The translations under genes and the position numbers were made by a program. Of a stretch of DNA of 64,000 nt, positions 50,292 to 64,000 are shown piece after piece. Position 1 is the first letter of the stretch; every line of letters starts with the position of its first letter. The stretch comes from Azolla caroliniana (lineage: Eukaryota > Plantae > Polypodiophyta): NCBI GenBank assembly GCA_043228905.1, contig JBHGNT010000003.1:10044001-10108000 (forward strand), read 5' to 3'. The notes under the pieces were generated by a model that saw only the letters and a program-made list of their open reading frames with translations, did no database searches and was not told where the DNA came from.

Positions 50292-53200
50292 TCATGCCCG
50301 TAACATACTCCCCCTCTTTAAAACATTGCACTCTTGCAATGGAAAGTTAGGGAAGTTAGTTCTAAGGGTATTTTCGCGTTCCCATGTGGCATCTTTTATT
50401 GATTTATCCATCCATTTTATTTTGAATTCTCGGATTTCTTTAGTACGTAATTTTTTGGTTTTAACATCGAGAATTCTTTCTGGTACATGTGGTTTAGAAG
50501 ATAATTCTTCAGAAGTAACCAGAGTTTCAGTCGTAACTGTATTGTCGCCAGAACCTAGAAGTTCTTTTAGACGACTCACATGAAAGACTGGATGAATTCC
50601 GACACCATCGGGAAGAGCGAGACGATAGGCTGATGAACCAATGCGTTTGAGGACTGTAAAAGGTCCACAAAACTGTGGGGCTAACTTAGCGCACTTACCC
50701 GTAGACAATGTCTTAGAATTGTGAGGTACACGTAAAAATACCTTCTGTCCAAGGTTGAATACACGAGGTTGCCTATGATGATTGGCATAAAAACGCGCTC
50801 TATCTTGAGCTGTTTTTATATTATCTCGTGCAATATGCAACATATCTTGCATATCCCGAAGAAAGTTTTGCGTACTTCGCAACTCATCATGATGTATATT
50901 AACATCAATCGGGGCTCGTGGCTAAAAACCATACATCAACATAAAAGGACTATATCCCGTCGACGTATGCTTGGAGCTGTTATAAGCAAACTCCAAAATT
51001 GGGAGATAACGTTCCCTTTTTGTTGGTTTTGCACCAACGTATGCTCGAAGCATGTCCTCAATAATTTGATTTACTCGTTCTGTCTGTCCATCGGATTGAG
51101 GATGATCCGTGGAGCTCATGCTCAACGTAGTTTCTAACTTCTTAAAGACTTGTGTCCAGAAGTCACTAGTAAACTTTGGATCTCGATCACTCACGATATC
51201 CATCGGTAACCCATAAAAACGAAACAATTCGTCAACGAATTGGTAAGCCAATTCAGGAGCTGTTACCGTGGTTTTAGTAGCAATAAATCTGGCCATTTTA
51301 GTTAGTCGATCAACGACAACCCAGATGGCATCATGACCTTTTTGGGTGCGAGGAAGGCTAACAATAAAATCCATGGATATACTTTAGCACTTATTATTGG
51401 GAATGTCCAAGGGATGTAAAAGTCTTGCGGCTTTAAGTCGCTCGGCTTTGTTAACCTGACACTGGTGACATTTAGTCACATAGCTATGTATGTCAGGACG
51501 CATCTTAGGCCAATAAAATTGAGTGGAGATGAGAACGAGTGTACGATGTATTCCAGGGTGCCCTGTTGAGGGTGCATCATGGCATTCAAAAAGAATCCTC
51601 TTTTTGACCTCGGGTAAATGTGGAACACAAACCTTCCCATTACGGTAGAGCAAACCGTAAGCAATGTGGAAGTATTCCTTCGAGGATGTGGTGGTGTCTG
51701 TTCCAGACTCAACTCTTGCCCAGTATTTTGCGAAATAACTGTCATCAAGATACTTTCCTCGAAGGTGATCATAAAGATCTGATGATATTTCAGTGAAGCT
51801 AAGCGTGTTAACTTCACGGATGCGACTTAGTGCATCAGCGACAATGTTCATGGAACCTTTACGATATCGTATGGAAAAATCAAAGTCCTGGATGAGATCA
51901 GCCCATCGTGCCTTACGACCTTTCAGGTCTTGTTGGTCACAAAAATATTTCAAGGACTCGTGGTCCGTAGTTACCACAAAGTGATTTCCATAAAGATAAT
52001 GGCGCCATGTTTTGAGCGCATGTATAACTGCAAATAATTCCTTTTCTTGAACGGTATACCGACATTGAGCAGAATCAAGTTTCTTACTCTCGAATGCTAT
52101 TGGTTTACCATCTTGATACAAGACAGCACCTATAGCATAATCGCTTGCATCGGTTTCAACCTCAAAAGGTTTTGAAGGATCGGGTAAAAGAAGTGAAGGA
52201 GCCTTGCAAACCAGGTCCTTGAGTTCCTTAAAGGCAAGGTCTAGTGTAGCATTCCACACAATAGGTTTTGTAGACTTACGCGTTTGACCTTTTAAAAGAT
52301 CAGTAAACGGCGTCGTCAATTGGGAGTAATTACGAAGAGACTTTCGCAAAAACCCCACAAAACCAAGGAATGATCGAACTTCTCGAATATTCCGAAGAGT
52401 GGGCCAAAGCTTGATTTTCTCAATGCGAGAAGGATCAATTTCAACTCCTCGTTCGGTTATGAGATTTCCTAGATAAGTAATTGATTTCTTGAAGAACTCA
52501 CATTTTGTCTAGCATGTTCTTGTAATGTACGGCTATAAACTAAAATATCATCCAAGAAAATAACGACAAATTTTCCAAGTTGTTCTCGGAAAATGTCATT
52601 CATTTCTTGTTGAAAAGTAGCCGGAGCATTGGTCAAACCAAAAGGCATAACCAAAAACTCGTAATGGCCATAGCGCGTACGAAATGCCGTTTTAGGAACA
52701 TTGTCCTCACTTATTCGTATTTGATGGTTGCCAGTACGGAGATCAAGTTTCGTAAAATACCGAGCTCCCTGGAGACGGTCAATTAGATCGTCAGCCCGGG
52801 GCAATGGATACGAATTCTTGATCGTCACTTTATTCAAGCGTCGGTAATTAATACACATACGCCATGTGCCCTCTTTCTTTTTAACCAAGAGAACTGGTGC
52901 ACCCCATGGAGATTTACTATAACGTATATAACCCATTCGTAAATAGTCCTTGAGTTGCTTAGATACCTCATCTTCTTCGGATCGACTTAAGCGATACGGA
53001 GGTATACTTATTGGTGCAACACCAGGTACAATATCTATACGATGGTCTGTATTACGTTTAGGAGGTAACCCATCAGGTAGTTCACTTGGAAAAACATCAT
53101 GAAAATCATTTAAGATTTCATCAAGTTGTTGTTGTTCAAAATATGTTAATTGAATCGGGACATTATCGATATTGTAAACGTGAATGTCCGGATCAAGTAC

Positions 53201-54670
53201 ACAATAAAATAACGTAGAACAAGACAACTCGGATATTGATGGACACGAGGAAACAATCGAGAGGGATTGTTTTTTTACACATTGAATAAAATGCATACAA
53301 TCGTTCAGTACAAAAGAAATGGAATGACGAACCCAATCAATAAATAAAGAAGAGTTTTTATTATAAAACCAGGGATAACCCAGTATTACATCGGTGGTAC
53401 AAAGATTCATTACATGGAAGTCTACTTCCTCTATATAAGTATCAATAGAAATTCCTAATGAATGAATCGCCCCGTTGATGTATTGTACTCTTCCAGCAGC
53501 CAAGTGCACCGTGTAGGTGTGATCACTTACGGTGGGTTGGATTCCCCATATCTGAACCAAACGATCATTCACAAAATTGTGTGAGCTTCCCGAATCAAAT
53601 AAAAATTGTATGGGAGATCCATTGATATACCCGTTTGCACGTAGTAAATCATTGGGACCCAATACATAGTGAGGGAAAGAACATTGACAATTACTTAAAT
53701 GATGTGTATAGACCTGAAGGACATTAGGAATCTGACCTTTATGGTCTGCAGCTTTAGCTTTGTTGTCGTGCTCTTTCCGTTGGAGCTTTCGACATTGATC
53801 TTTTGTATGACCCTTCTTTTTGCAGAATACACAAAAAGGATGTTGTCGCTTATAATCGCGATCCAGGAATTCGTTGGGTGTCTTGCGTTTCCCAACAAAT
53901 TGCAACTGCTTAGTCCCAGGCGTTTCGTTGGGTTTGTTATGGTCCTTCTTCGAAGTGCGTTGATAGCGAAGAACTATTTCAACGGCCTCTTCAAAGGATT
54001 TTGACTCCTTATCGTGCACTATCCAGTGATAGTCCGAATTGGGGATGCCATTGACAAAACAAGCTATCAACCAATTGTCCCCTTCTAGACCCGATTTTTG
54101 GATTTGGGTTCTAGCATGGTGAACATAGTCTTCTAGCGAGGAAAATTTCCTGCTAGAGAGGTTCATTAAAGCTTGTGCTGCCTCGGTTCGAGAGGGAGGT
54201 TGCAGAAATTGGCCCTTAAAAACCGTGACAAAATCTGTCCAGGTATCGGGCAATTTCCCCATAGTACGGAGGCCACGCCACCAGGCGGCGGCCTTACCCC
54301 CGAGTTCTCGACCGACATATGCAATCTTCGTACTATCTTGCGTGGGATAGAGCTCAAAATGAGACTCCCATCGTCCCAGCCATGTGCAGATTGCTTCTTC
54401 GGTTCTTTCCTTTTTGTCTCCCGTAAATGGCTTAACGACAAATGATGGTTCACCTTGTCGCTCATCAGGTCTATTAGTCTCACGTTGTAGACTAATGACA
54501 CGTGCCTCAAGAGCACTCTGAGATTGCCGAAGTTCGGTCATCTGTTGAGCGGTGAAACTAAGGTATTGGGTTATTTGTGCCAAATACATCTTAGTGGACA
54601 TTTGTCCAGGAGGATTCCCTTGAGTTCCTTCCGCTTGAGCGGATGACATCGGGTCGTTAATTTGAGCCAT
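50292..54670 (-). pseudogene. Chromovirus gag-pol (gag, CCHC, PR, RT, RH, IN, chromodomain), broken by small deletions and a stop
   Basis: ORFs 52469-54670, 51384-52358, 50922-51374 and 50292-50882; ~50-bp deletion near 52505 relative to the 17-kb copy. Confidence 0.93.
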
Positions 54671-55849
54671 TAAAGATTATTTCTGGAAAACAAATAGGAT
54701 AAGGTCAGAGATATAGTCATAACATCATGTCGTGATGTAAACATATCATGGGCGAGCATTAATCGATATCATTATCTCACGTCAATACCCCTCTAGACGT
54801 ATGAGATGAGGTTCAAGATCAGGTTACTATGGTAACACAAAGGTGTTTTAAAAACCATGGGGGTGACAAATAAATGTCTTTCCCTGATCTCTATATCGAT
54901 TTTTTCATGGTGGCTCCCCGAGGCTCAACCATGTATGTTCGCGTCATGAATAGTTTATACACGAAAAAAAAAATGTTAACAATAAACTATGTTTCGGTGC
55001 CCACATAAGTGGTTTCGGCTCTTTAAGTCCTATTACGAGGACCCCGATGTGCACTTAGACCTTAAGTCTAAACATGTGTTATAGTCATATGTATCAAGGA
55101 TATTGTATGGTCTTGGTCATATTTGAACTCGAGACCTCGAGAACAAATACATTAAACACTTGAGCCAACCAAGTAAGTTGCTCTTCTCGAATGCTTAATG
55201 TTTGATGCGTATAAGAGATATGCGAGGCAATTGATCATATATGTTTTTTTAAAAGAACATATATGTCAAGGGTCCTTATTTCGCCCTCATTTACCAAAAC
55301 TATGTTGGTACGTTACCTAACCTCAAGTCTCGTAATTACGATGGCATACGCCAAAGTGCAACCTAATGGTCAAGCCAAATGAGCCCTCGTTTCGTAGTAG
55401 GCTCACGTGGGCCATCACATGGTCACGTCATTACGAATGCCTCTCGTAAGAACGAGCTCATGGTGGCATCGTATCCATGTAACGAGGGAGGGATGTTGGA
55501 TACGTGCGTCATTGGAGCAACCTCACTTGAAATGGGTCAAGCCCTACGTACTCAACATCATTTTGGCTATTGGCGTTTCTTTACGTAACGAAATCGAGGT
55601 TGTCAACGGGGTTATCAACAATAAAAAAATGTTGAAAAAGGCATGGTGACAACGCCATTCTCACAAAAATGTGAGGATGGCCACCAACATCCTTTTCCCG
55701 ACCATGATAACTTTCGATATAATCACATAATAACGAATATACACATATGTTTACTTATCACATATATACGATCAAATACGTATATATGTGACCACATATG
55801 CCTATATTAAACATATCGTTATAGTAAATAGCCACAAATTATGTGATCG

Positions 55850-56120
55850 AGATACGTAATCGAGGTATATACCTCTACGCACACGAAACATCCACAAAGA
55901 AGAGATCATCGTAATACGCAATGGAGGTATTGACCTCTTACGCATACGAGACCAAATGCATATCGTTTACAACAAATCAAGGTATTAAACTCATACGCAA
56001 ACGTAACATATGTTCGTGAACGTAATACGTAATTGAGGTATTAACCTCGTACGCATACGACACTCATCACATATTATTAATATGTCAAACAAGGTATTGA
56101 CCTCGTGCACATACGTAAAC
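55850..56120. repeat. Five ~58-bp degenerate repeats with GAGGT-N-ACCTC palindromes in the chromovirus 5' UTR
   Basis: gaggtatatacctc, gaggtattgacctc, aaggtattaaactc, gaggtattaacctc and aaggtattgacctc, most followed by tacgca. Confidence 0.8.
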
Positions 56121-56821
56121 GTTTTAGATAATCAATTAAAGACTACTACAACATCATTGACTTAATGAAAAAAATTACATATAAACTAAACACATGATTA
56201 GATGGGAGAAGAGAGAATAGAAAGAAAAATTATGGAAAGAGTTACCGAAGTTCTTTGTTGATCGTTGTCTGGATCAAGGCCAACCGCACAACGATCGATC
56301 ATCATCAATCAAAAGACAAATGAAAAACAAAGAAACATTAGTACAAAAATCTGATACCAAATATTATAAATCTTAGTACTAAAGTAAGCTTAAGATAAGG
56401 ATAAAGAAATGAAAGATAGAAAGGAGAAAGAGAAAGAAGGGTGCCGATCCACCCGACCACCCCCAAGCGAAGGGATCGAGACGGACTCGAGCCTCGATCG
56501 GCGTCCCATACCACCGTCGTGGCATCGAGTCGTAGCTGGTGCTGGCGCGCTCGCTACAAGAGTTGACCCACCACACGAGCAGAGTCTCGATGTAGTCAAA
56601 AGATGATCAAATGAGGGTAGCTAGGCCTCTTATTTATAGTGATAACCAAGGCCCCCAGGCAAGTTCACACTTGACCTAATGGGTTGTCTCAATCCCGAGG
56701 ATTAAAAGTAATCCTCCCCTTCTTTACACTCTCGTTTAACCCTCACACTTATCCACGTGTATAGAATACTACGGTAAATTCTTACCACGGGATATTATAT
56801 GGTCATGCCCGTAACATAAAC

Positions 56822-59800
56822 AGTAGTTTGCCTGGCATTTTACCCATCCGGGTCTGGAACACTAGTACCGGCTTGCCGGTTTCAAACATCTTTTCGTTTC
56901 CCTTCCGGTGACGATCTACAAACGCTTTCCGTCTCCGTTGTTCCAATTCCAGGTGCATAATGCTCGCTAGTCAGTGTTCTTCTAGTTCACACAGAGCCTT
57001 TAACCGAATTGCCTTTGGTTCCTTTTCATTGAGTCATTCCCGAATCTGAATCCGTAAGCTCGGTACCTAGAATTCGACCGGCATGACTGCCTCTAATCCG
57101 AATGCTAACCGGAACAACGTTGTTCGGATGCTTGTTTTGTACGTTGTCTGGTAAGCCCAGAGCGCGTTGTGCAACTTCGTGTCCCAATCTGTCTGATTCT
57201 CATTGACGATCTTGCGCGCTATATTCTGTAGCGTTTTGTTTGTTGACTCAGCTAATCTGTTGGCTTGTGGGTAGTACGGGGTGCTCCATTTATGTACTAC
57301 CGCATAGAATGACGTCAAGCTCTCCACTACCTATCCAAGAAAGTGCCCTCCTTGGTCGCTTATCAGCTCTATGGGGCATCCGTACCGGCACCAAATGCAT
57401 TCGTATAAGAATTTTGCCGTTGACGCCACGGTGTTATCTCGTAAGCCTTTGGCTTCCACCCATTTAGTGCAGTAGTCCGTCGCGACGATCACATACCGGT
57501 TGCCAGTTCTCATTGCCGGTGGTTTAAATGGTCCGACAAAATCCAGTCCCCAATTCTGAAATGGTTCTAGCGGTAGTACTGGCTGGTGTGGCATCCGAGC
57601 TTGTTCCGTTGGCTGACCCATTCATTGGCATAGATCACACTTCTTCGCATACCGGACTGCATCTTTCATTGTCGTCGGCCACCATAGGCCACTTTGCCAT
57701 ACTTTCCTTGCCGTCGCATCTCCGGCATAATGGCCTCCGTCGACTCCGCAGTGTGCTTCCCGTAGTATTACCTCCTTCTCGTCGCTGCGCACCGCTCGTC
57801 GCCATATCCCGTCTACGCCTTTGTGGTAAAGTGTGTCCCGGAGTAAACATATGTGCCGGCTTTGTACCGCCAGGCGTTTTCTCTCGTCCCGGTTCATCTC
57901 CTTCGGAGGCAATCCGGTACTCAGAAACTGGTGCATATTAGTTAGCCACTTATCTTCTTGTGCCACCGTTTCATCTGTTGCCATTTCCGTGGTGACTCGA
58001 AAAAGCTCTGCATCCGGAAACTCGTCTGGTACTCCGTCACCCGTCTCCCCAGAATCTAACCGGCTTAGATAATCTGCTACCGCATGCTGTATGCCAGGTC
58101 GGTGGAATATCTCGAATTCGAACTCCTGCAACAGCAAAGTCCATCGAGCCAACTTACCGGTTAGTGACTCTTTGGATACTAGGTAGAGGAGTGCCGAATG
58201 ATCTACATGGAAGGAGAACTTTCTTCCCAATAAATAATGCCTGAATTTTGTTACACTGTAGATCATTCCTAAAGCTTCCCTTTCCATGGTAGAATAATTT
58301 CGTTCCGCTTGGGATAGCTTCCGGCTGGCATAATACACTGGCCGGTACCACCTTGGCTCGGTAAGCTGCATGAGCGCGCTGCCGATTGCGATGTCGGAGG
58401 CGTCCACGAACACATGAAACTCTTTACTCCAATCCGGAGGCTGCACTACCGGTGCTTGTGACAATAATACCTTTAGTGCCCGGTACGCCTTGTCTTCGAT
58501 GTCTGTCCATTGGAACGGTGTTCGATGTACTGCCGCATGCAGAGGTGTAGCCAGGTCCGCCAAATATCGGAGCATACGACTATGCCAGCGAATTTGTCCT
58601 AAGAAACGGCTCAATGCCTTTGCCGTTGCCGTTGCCGGTGCTTCCAAGATTGCTTTCACTTTGTCCGGATCTACGACAATGCCTTCCTTGCTCACAATAT
58701 GCCCTAGTAGCGTTCCGCTGGACACTCCAAATACACACTTCGCCGGATTCAAGCTTAGCCAGTACTTCCTACACTTCTCTAGACATAGTTTGAGGTGTTG
58801 CAAATTATCTTCTTCTCGGCTATAGACGACGAAGTCGTCAAGGAACACCTGCATAAAAGCCGGTATGCATTCGCCAAATATCTCCATGATGATCCGTTGG
58901 AATGTTGTCGGTGTCGTTTTCAGTCCGAACATCATCACCACAACAACAAACACTCCCCATTCGGTGACGAAAGCCGTTTTCTCTTTATCATCATGGTGCA
59001 TCTGGATCTGATTATACCCGTTGAATCCGTCTAAGAAACTGTAGACTTCATGGCCGGTGATGGCATCGCATCCAAAACTACATTCGTAAATGGAAGTGGA
59101 AATGCATCTGTTACCGTTGCCGCATTGAGCTTCCGGTAGTCGACACAAACTCTAATTTTGCCATTCTTCTTCGGTATGACTACAATCGGGCTCAGCCATG
59201 TAGATTTCTTTACGGGACGGATAAAGCCAACCCTCAGCAATTTGTCGATTTCCTCCTTGACTTTGCCGACATAGTTTGGGTTCATCCGGTACCGACGCTT
59301 TGCTACCGGCTTGGCGTCTTTGCTCAGATGTATCTGGTGCTGATACAACTGAGGATCCAGCCCTCTCATATCCTCGTAAGACCAGGCAAATACGTCGCGA
59401 AACTCGTTGAGGAGTGTAATTATCGCCGTTTTGTTCTCTGCATTCATTTCTTTGGCGACGTGCACCGGTTTTGCCTCCTCCGCCGTTCCTAGATTTACCT
59501 CTTCTAATTGAGACGCTTTTACGCGCTGTGATACGGCCATTTCTCTTTCCAACGCCTCGTGCGCTTGCCGTAACTCACGGATTGCTTCTTTATCCGGTTC
59601 CGCTTCGGTTCCGTCCAGTTGCAGTAAGTAGGGTGATACCGCTTCGGCGACGTCAATTTCGAATAGGGGTACAATCTTCGGGTTCTCCTGCAAGTATTGA
59701 TCTTCTTCTTCGTCTACTAATCCTTCCAGCATATTGACGCACTCCACATATAATGGTGTCAGATCCTTGCCGGTGCCCTTCCTTGGTTGTGTTGGTACCC

Positions 59801-62330
59801 GTACCTTCGCTTTTCCCTGTTGGAACGTAATCATATTCCTCCTCCAGTTCTACTTGATGTGTGTCATCTTTAACCAAGGGCGTCCCAACAATAATAGGTA
59901 CGCTCCTTGAGCCTGCAACTGGAGAACTGCGGCTGAGGTACAGAATGTGTGGCCCCCGATGGTTACTTCTAAGTCCCATATTAATCCAGTCGGTCGCACC
60001 AAGCTTGTGTCCGCCATTCGGAGCCAGAACGGACATGGCTCCCACTCTTGGATTCCAAGAGCATCACACGTCCGGAGGCTTATTACATTAACACTGGAGC
60101 CTCCGTCTATTATCGTGCCGGGGAGTTCTTTCCCTTTCACAATGGCAGTAATTGCCGGACTGTTGGTGTCCACCACCGCCGGTCCCTCCTCTGGATTTGA
60201 GAAGAATGTCAGAGCCGGTGGTGTTCCACCTGTTGTCATGCCGGACTTGAGTCCTTCTGTGAATCTTGGTACTAGCTGCAAGAGTCTTCCTAACGGCAGC
60301 GTGATCTGGCATTCCTGCAATGCCTGCCATGTCACGTTTTCGGACTGACTACCGCCGGCGAGCTCTTCGGTGTTCTCCTTTTGCTGCGCAAGTTCTGCTA
60401 CGTTTCGCTCATTTGCCTTTTTCACCCATTCCGTTGCCTGTTTCCGGATGGCCTCTTGTGTCTCCCATTCCGTCGTCTTGCCCTTCGACCTTGTGGTGAC
60501 CTGCTTTAGGTCTGCGACTTCGGCGACTACCATGTTTACTGTTGGTCGCTTATCATAGCTCTTTGTTGGACATTGATTACTATAATGTCCTTCTTGCCGG
60601 CAATAATAGCAATATGCTTTCCGAGTATTGCTGGATTCGGCATTGTTTCCTATACCCGGTGGAGGACATGTGGTAACCGCGGGGCTCTGGTCCGGTTGGC
60701 AACTTGAGGCGCCTTTTTCCGGTTCACGTGGGTGGCTCCCTTTTTTGAAATGCCGTTTTTTATTAAAGTTCTTTTTGTTGCGGTGCCCTTGCTGGGGTTG
60801 GTCTTCATATCTCCCGTAATCTTCTCGTCGTTGGTGATACCCGAGGGAGTGATCCCGGTTGTGATGCTCGTACCGTCCATTGTAATCTCGGTACTTGTCA
60901 TGTCTCTTGTACTGGTCATAGTTGTCTCTCTGATCGTCGTACCGGACATCCTGTGCCGGTCGATATCGCTCCTCTCGCCGCCAGCGTTTGTCTTCTTCGT
61001 CTCTGTTGCTACGTGGCTCGATTTGCCGGACTGGTGGTGCTTGCCGATTCAATAAGTTATATTCGCACCAATCCATCGTATGGCTCGTGGAGTGGCAGAG
61101 TAAGCAGTGCGTCCACATGGTGCACTCCAGTGACGAGTGTCCCGAATTCAAGCAGGTCGTGCATTGGATTGCTTGCCGGAAACGGAGATCCTCATCGGTT
61201 GGTAACGCTTGTTGGAGGGCTCCCATTGTTAGCCAAGAGCTCGTTTTTTCCATTTCTCTAACCCGGTCGATAACCTGGTCGACGGTGCTTGTGCGAAAGT
61301 CGATGACCGTGCATACCATTCGTAGAGGTTCCCGGAGCGCGGCTAGAAATATAGCCCGTGTTTCTTCCTCCGGAGGTGCGCGGGTAAGCTGACTGTGCAT
61401 CCGTTGAAACCGTATGACAAACTGCGGAATGCTCTCCCCGGGGTCCTGCCGGATGGTATAAAATAGGCCCACCATTTCTCTCTGGTCCACCTCCTTCTGA
61501 AAGAAGTGCAAGAATTTATCTTTTAGGTCCGCAAAGGTGGTGATGGTGTTGGGGTCCTGCGTCCAGTGCCATCTGGCGGCCGGTCCTTCCAATGTCACGC
61601 TGAATTCGGCTATCTTAGATCGTTCCTCTTCGTCCGCGGTTAACCGTTGTGACACATGGTTCGCCTCCCATGTTTGTTGAAATGCGTGAACATGAGCCTC
61701 CGCGTCCGGGTCATCCCGATACTAGGAGTACTGGAACGACATGTCGTCGTCCGGTGTCGGTACGCGTGTTGGCAGTGTCGGTGGTCTTTCCTGCTATTCC
61801 GTCGGCATCAGAGGTCTTTGCCGGTCTTCCCTTGGTGTTGCCGGCTCGACTTCCGGTGTCGGAGGTCATTCTTTGTCTTCTTCCGTCTCTGGAGGTTGCT
61901 CCACGTCTAGTGCCGGGGGTTCCCAGTCTGCCAACTCTGGTCCCGGTGCTGGTACTGTATCCGACTCCTCGCCCTCCGGTCCTCCTAGGGTGTCGTTACT
62001 GCTGCGATAGTTTGTGTGCGCGTTGTAACCCCCTTCCGAATCCGATTCCAGCGCTGAAAATGCTTCGGATTCGCCGTCTCTTCCGGCCAAGGCCTGGAGA
62101 AGGGATTCCGCTTCCCGAAGACTACTTAAGTTGCTTCCTTTGTCTGGGTAGGCATTTTGTTGCAGATGGAGCGACTCCTCCGCCACTTTCCGGATCACTT
62201 TGGAAAATGATCGATCCGTTCAGATTTCTTCCGCTGCTTGCTGGAAAGCCTCTCGCCGCCTTCTCCGTTCAGCAAGTCTTCGTGCTCTCTCTGTAACCGG
62301 GTCGTCTCTTGGCCTAGTCATCCATTCCCA
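56822..62330 (-). pseudogene. Gag-pol of the Athila/Tat-like gypsy (fragmented)
   Basis: CYYCRQEGHYSNQC, IIDGGS, VCVDYRKLN, FLDDF, FVDASDIAIG, WGLDFVGP, STPYYPQAN. Confidence 0.9.
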
Positions 62331-62789
62331 CCGCTGTTCACTGCGATTGTGCAGGAATCGTGGTCGCCAAAAACTGTGTTAATCCTAGAGGCTGGACAAC
62401 AGCCTAACACAGGGTGTCCACTTAAGACACTTCACCAAAGGGGTGTTACGGCAGGATGACTTACGACACAACGTTTGCAATCCGTAATTAACACACGTAA
62501 GATATAACAATGAATACAGAACGGTAATCAACATTGGCAGATTAAGATAATAAGCTCTATTAATTATCCGCTCGCAATTACATTGTAACCGGGCCTTTAT
62601 ATAAGTCTCCGGTGCGAAACAACCGGCACCTTTTCGGGATCGGTCCGGATCCGGATCGGCATACCGATTCCGGTCCGTCCGTCCACATCTTCTCATATAT
62701 TACTATATATTTTAAGACTACTAATTACAACAGTTCCCGAATAAACTATTCCTTTCGCACTCTATTTTGGACCTCCTTAGGCCTTCTTG

Positions 62790-64000
62790 CCAGCCGGTAA
62801 TAGGGGGAGGCCTACTTGCTTCTATTGCGGCAAGCCGGGACACTTCCAAAAGAACTGTCGGCACTTCCGAAAAGACAAGGAAACTGACGGTACCGATTCG
62901 AAGTGGACACCGGACCGAAACGGTAAAGACCGGAGGGGGCCAGACCGGAAGGGAACGACGGCAATCGCGGCAAGTGAAGAAGAGTTGATGCTCATCACCG
63001 AGGAGAGTGAGCTAAACCTTGTCGGCGACGAGATGACCTGGGTGGTCGACTCCGAAGCGTCGTTCCACCTTACCCTGGACCGGAAATACTTCTCATCCTA
63101 CTCGGCCGGTGATCACGGCTGTGTCCGGATGGGGAATGAAGGTACATGCCGAATTGTCGGCATAGGAGATGTGTGGTTGACAATGCCAACCGGATGCAAG
63201 CTGCTGTTGAAGGATGTCTGACACATTCCGGAGGTTCGTCTGAACCTGATATTAGTCGGTCGGCTAGATGATGAAGGCTACACGGGTAGCATCCAAAACG
63301 GTGTTATGAAGTTCAGCAAAGGGAGCATGATTGTGGCTTGGGCCCAGAAGGTCAACACCCTGTACCTGATGAATGCCTAGTTATGTCTGGAGGAAGTGAA
63401 TGTGGCATCCGACACAGCTGGTGAGCTGTGGCACAAGAGGTTGTGTCACATGAGCGAGAAGGGGATGGAGAGGCTTGCAGACGACAACCTCATTCTAGTG
63501 AAGAACGTGCACTTGGAGAAGTGCATTGATTGTCTGGCCGGTAAACAAAACCGGACCTCCTTCCGATCGAGGCCACCGATGAGACGTAATGCACCACTGG
63601 AGTTGGTGCATACTGATGTATGTCAAGTGGACACGAAGTCACATGTCGGATCGCAGTACTTCGTGACGTTCATAGATGACCACAGCCGGAAGTTGTGGGC
63701 CACACCGTTGAAGACGAAGGATCATGTGTTATCCGTCTTCAAAGAGCTCCACGCGAGAGTGGAAAGAGAAACCGGCCGGAAGCTGAAGGCGGTTCGAGCA
63801 GATAACGGAGGTGAATACCGGGGGCAGTTCGAGGAGTACTGTCGCTCGAAAGGAATCCAACTCGAATTTACCTGCCGAAGTCGCCGGAACTAAACGGGCT
63901 GGCCGAGAGGATGAACCGGACTATAATGGAGAGGGTTCAGAGTATGCTGGCGCATGCAAAACTACCCAAGAAGTTTTGGGTTGAGGCATTGTCGACTGCG
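62790..64000 (+). mobile_element. Ty1/copia internal fragment (gag CCHC, PR, GAG-pre-IN, IN), runs off the window
   Basis: CFYCGKPGHFQKNC, WVVDSEASFH, LWHKRLCHMS, LELVHTDVC, VRADNGGEY. Confidence 0.9.

Larger units (their letters stand above)
49851..56816 (-). mobile_element. Near full-length Ty3/gypsy chromovirus
   Basis: 455-bp LTRs at 49851-50305 and 56362-56816, TSD TAAAC at 49846-49850 and 56817-56821, Met PBS at 56351-56359, PPT at 50306-50316, gag-pol-chromodomain 54670-50292. Confidence 0.96.
48370..62732 (-). mobile_element. Non-chromovirus (Athila/Tat-like) gypsy with an extra 3' ORF; 3' LTR lost; interrupted by a chromovirus
   Basis: Putative 5' LTR 62375-62732, PBS TGGCGACCAC (tRNA-Arg-like) at 62360-62369, gag/PR 59850-62330, RT/RH 57622-59834, integrase 56822-57621 continuing at 49845-49690 (RWTGPY). 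Confidence 0.82.

Overview
Eukaryotic land-plant genomic DNA, probably a non-seed plant such as a fern (inferred from intron style, tRNA primer sites and transposon types). It is dominated by deeply nested transposable elements. Two apparently intact host genes lie in the middle: a three-exon CCHC-knuckle/SHAQKYF 1R-MYB (KUA1/MYBH/MYBS3-like, 25704-28932), and a two-exon 145-aa gene with a plastid transit peptide and an unrecognised mature domain (32386-34470), whose second exon is missing from the ORF track. Left of these are a Ty1/copia element carrying a hAT that itself carries a solo LTR, and a MULE carrying a Sola2-like DDE element that carries a rearranged chromovirus. Right of these are copia, Athila/Tat-like and chromovirus elements, plus a GC-rich gypsy primed by tRNA-Trp with a 4-bp TSD. 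The most striking signal is a spliced, decayed gene for a ParB/Srx-like domain fused to a bacterial-type beta-class amino (N6A/N4C) DNA methyltransferase. Its 5' half lies at 610-2987 (+) and a matching 3' half with the SAM-binding motif lies at 39873-40352 (-), each cut by a copia insertion. This suggests a multicopy, probably transposon-borne, methyltransferase family. All calls were made by eye; no database searches were run.
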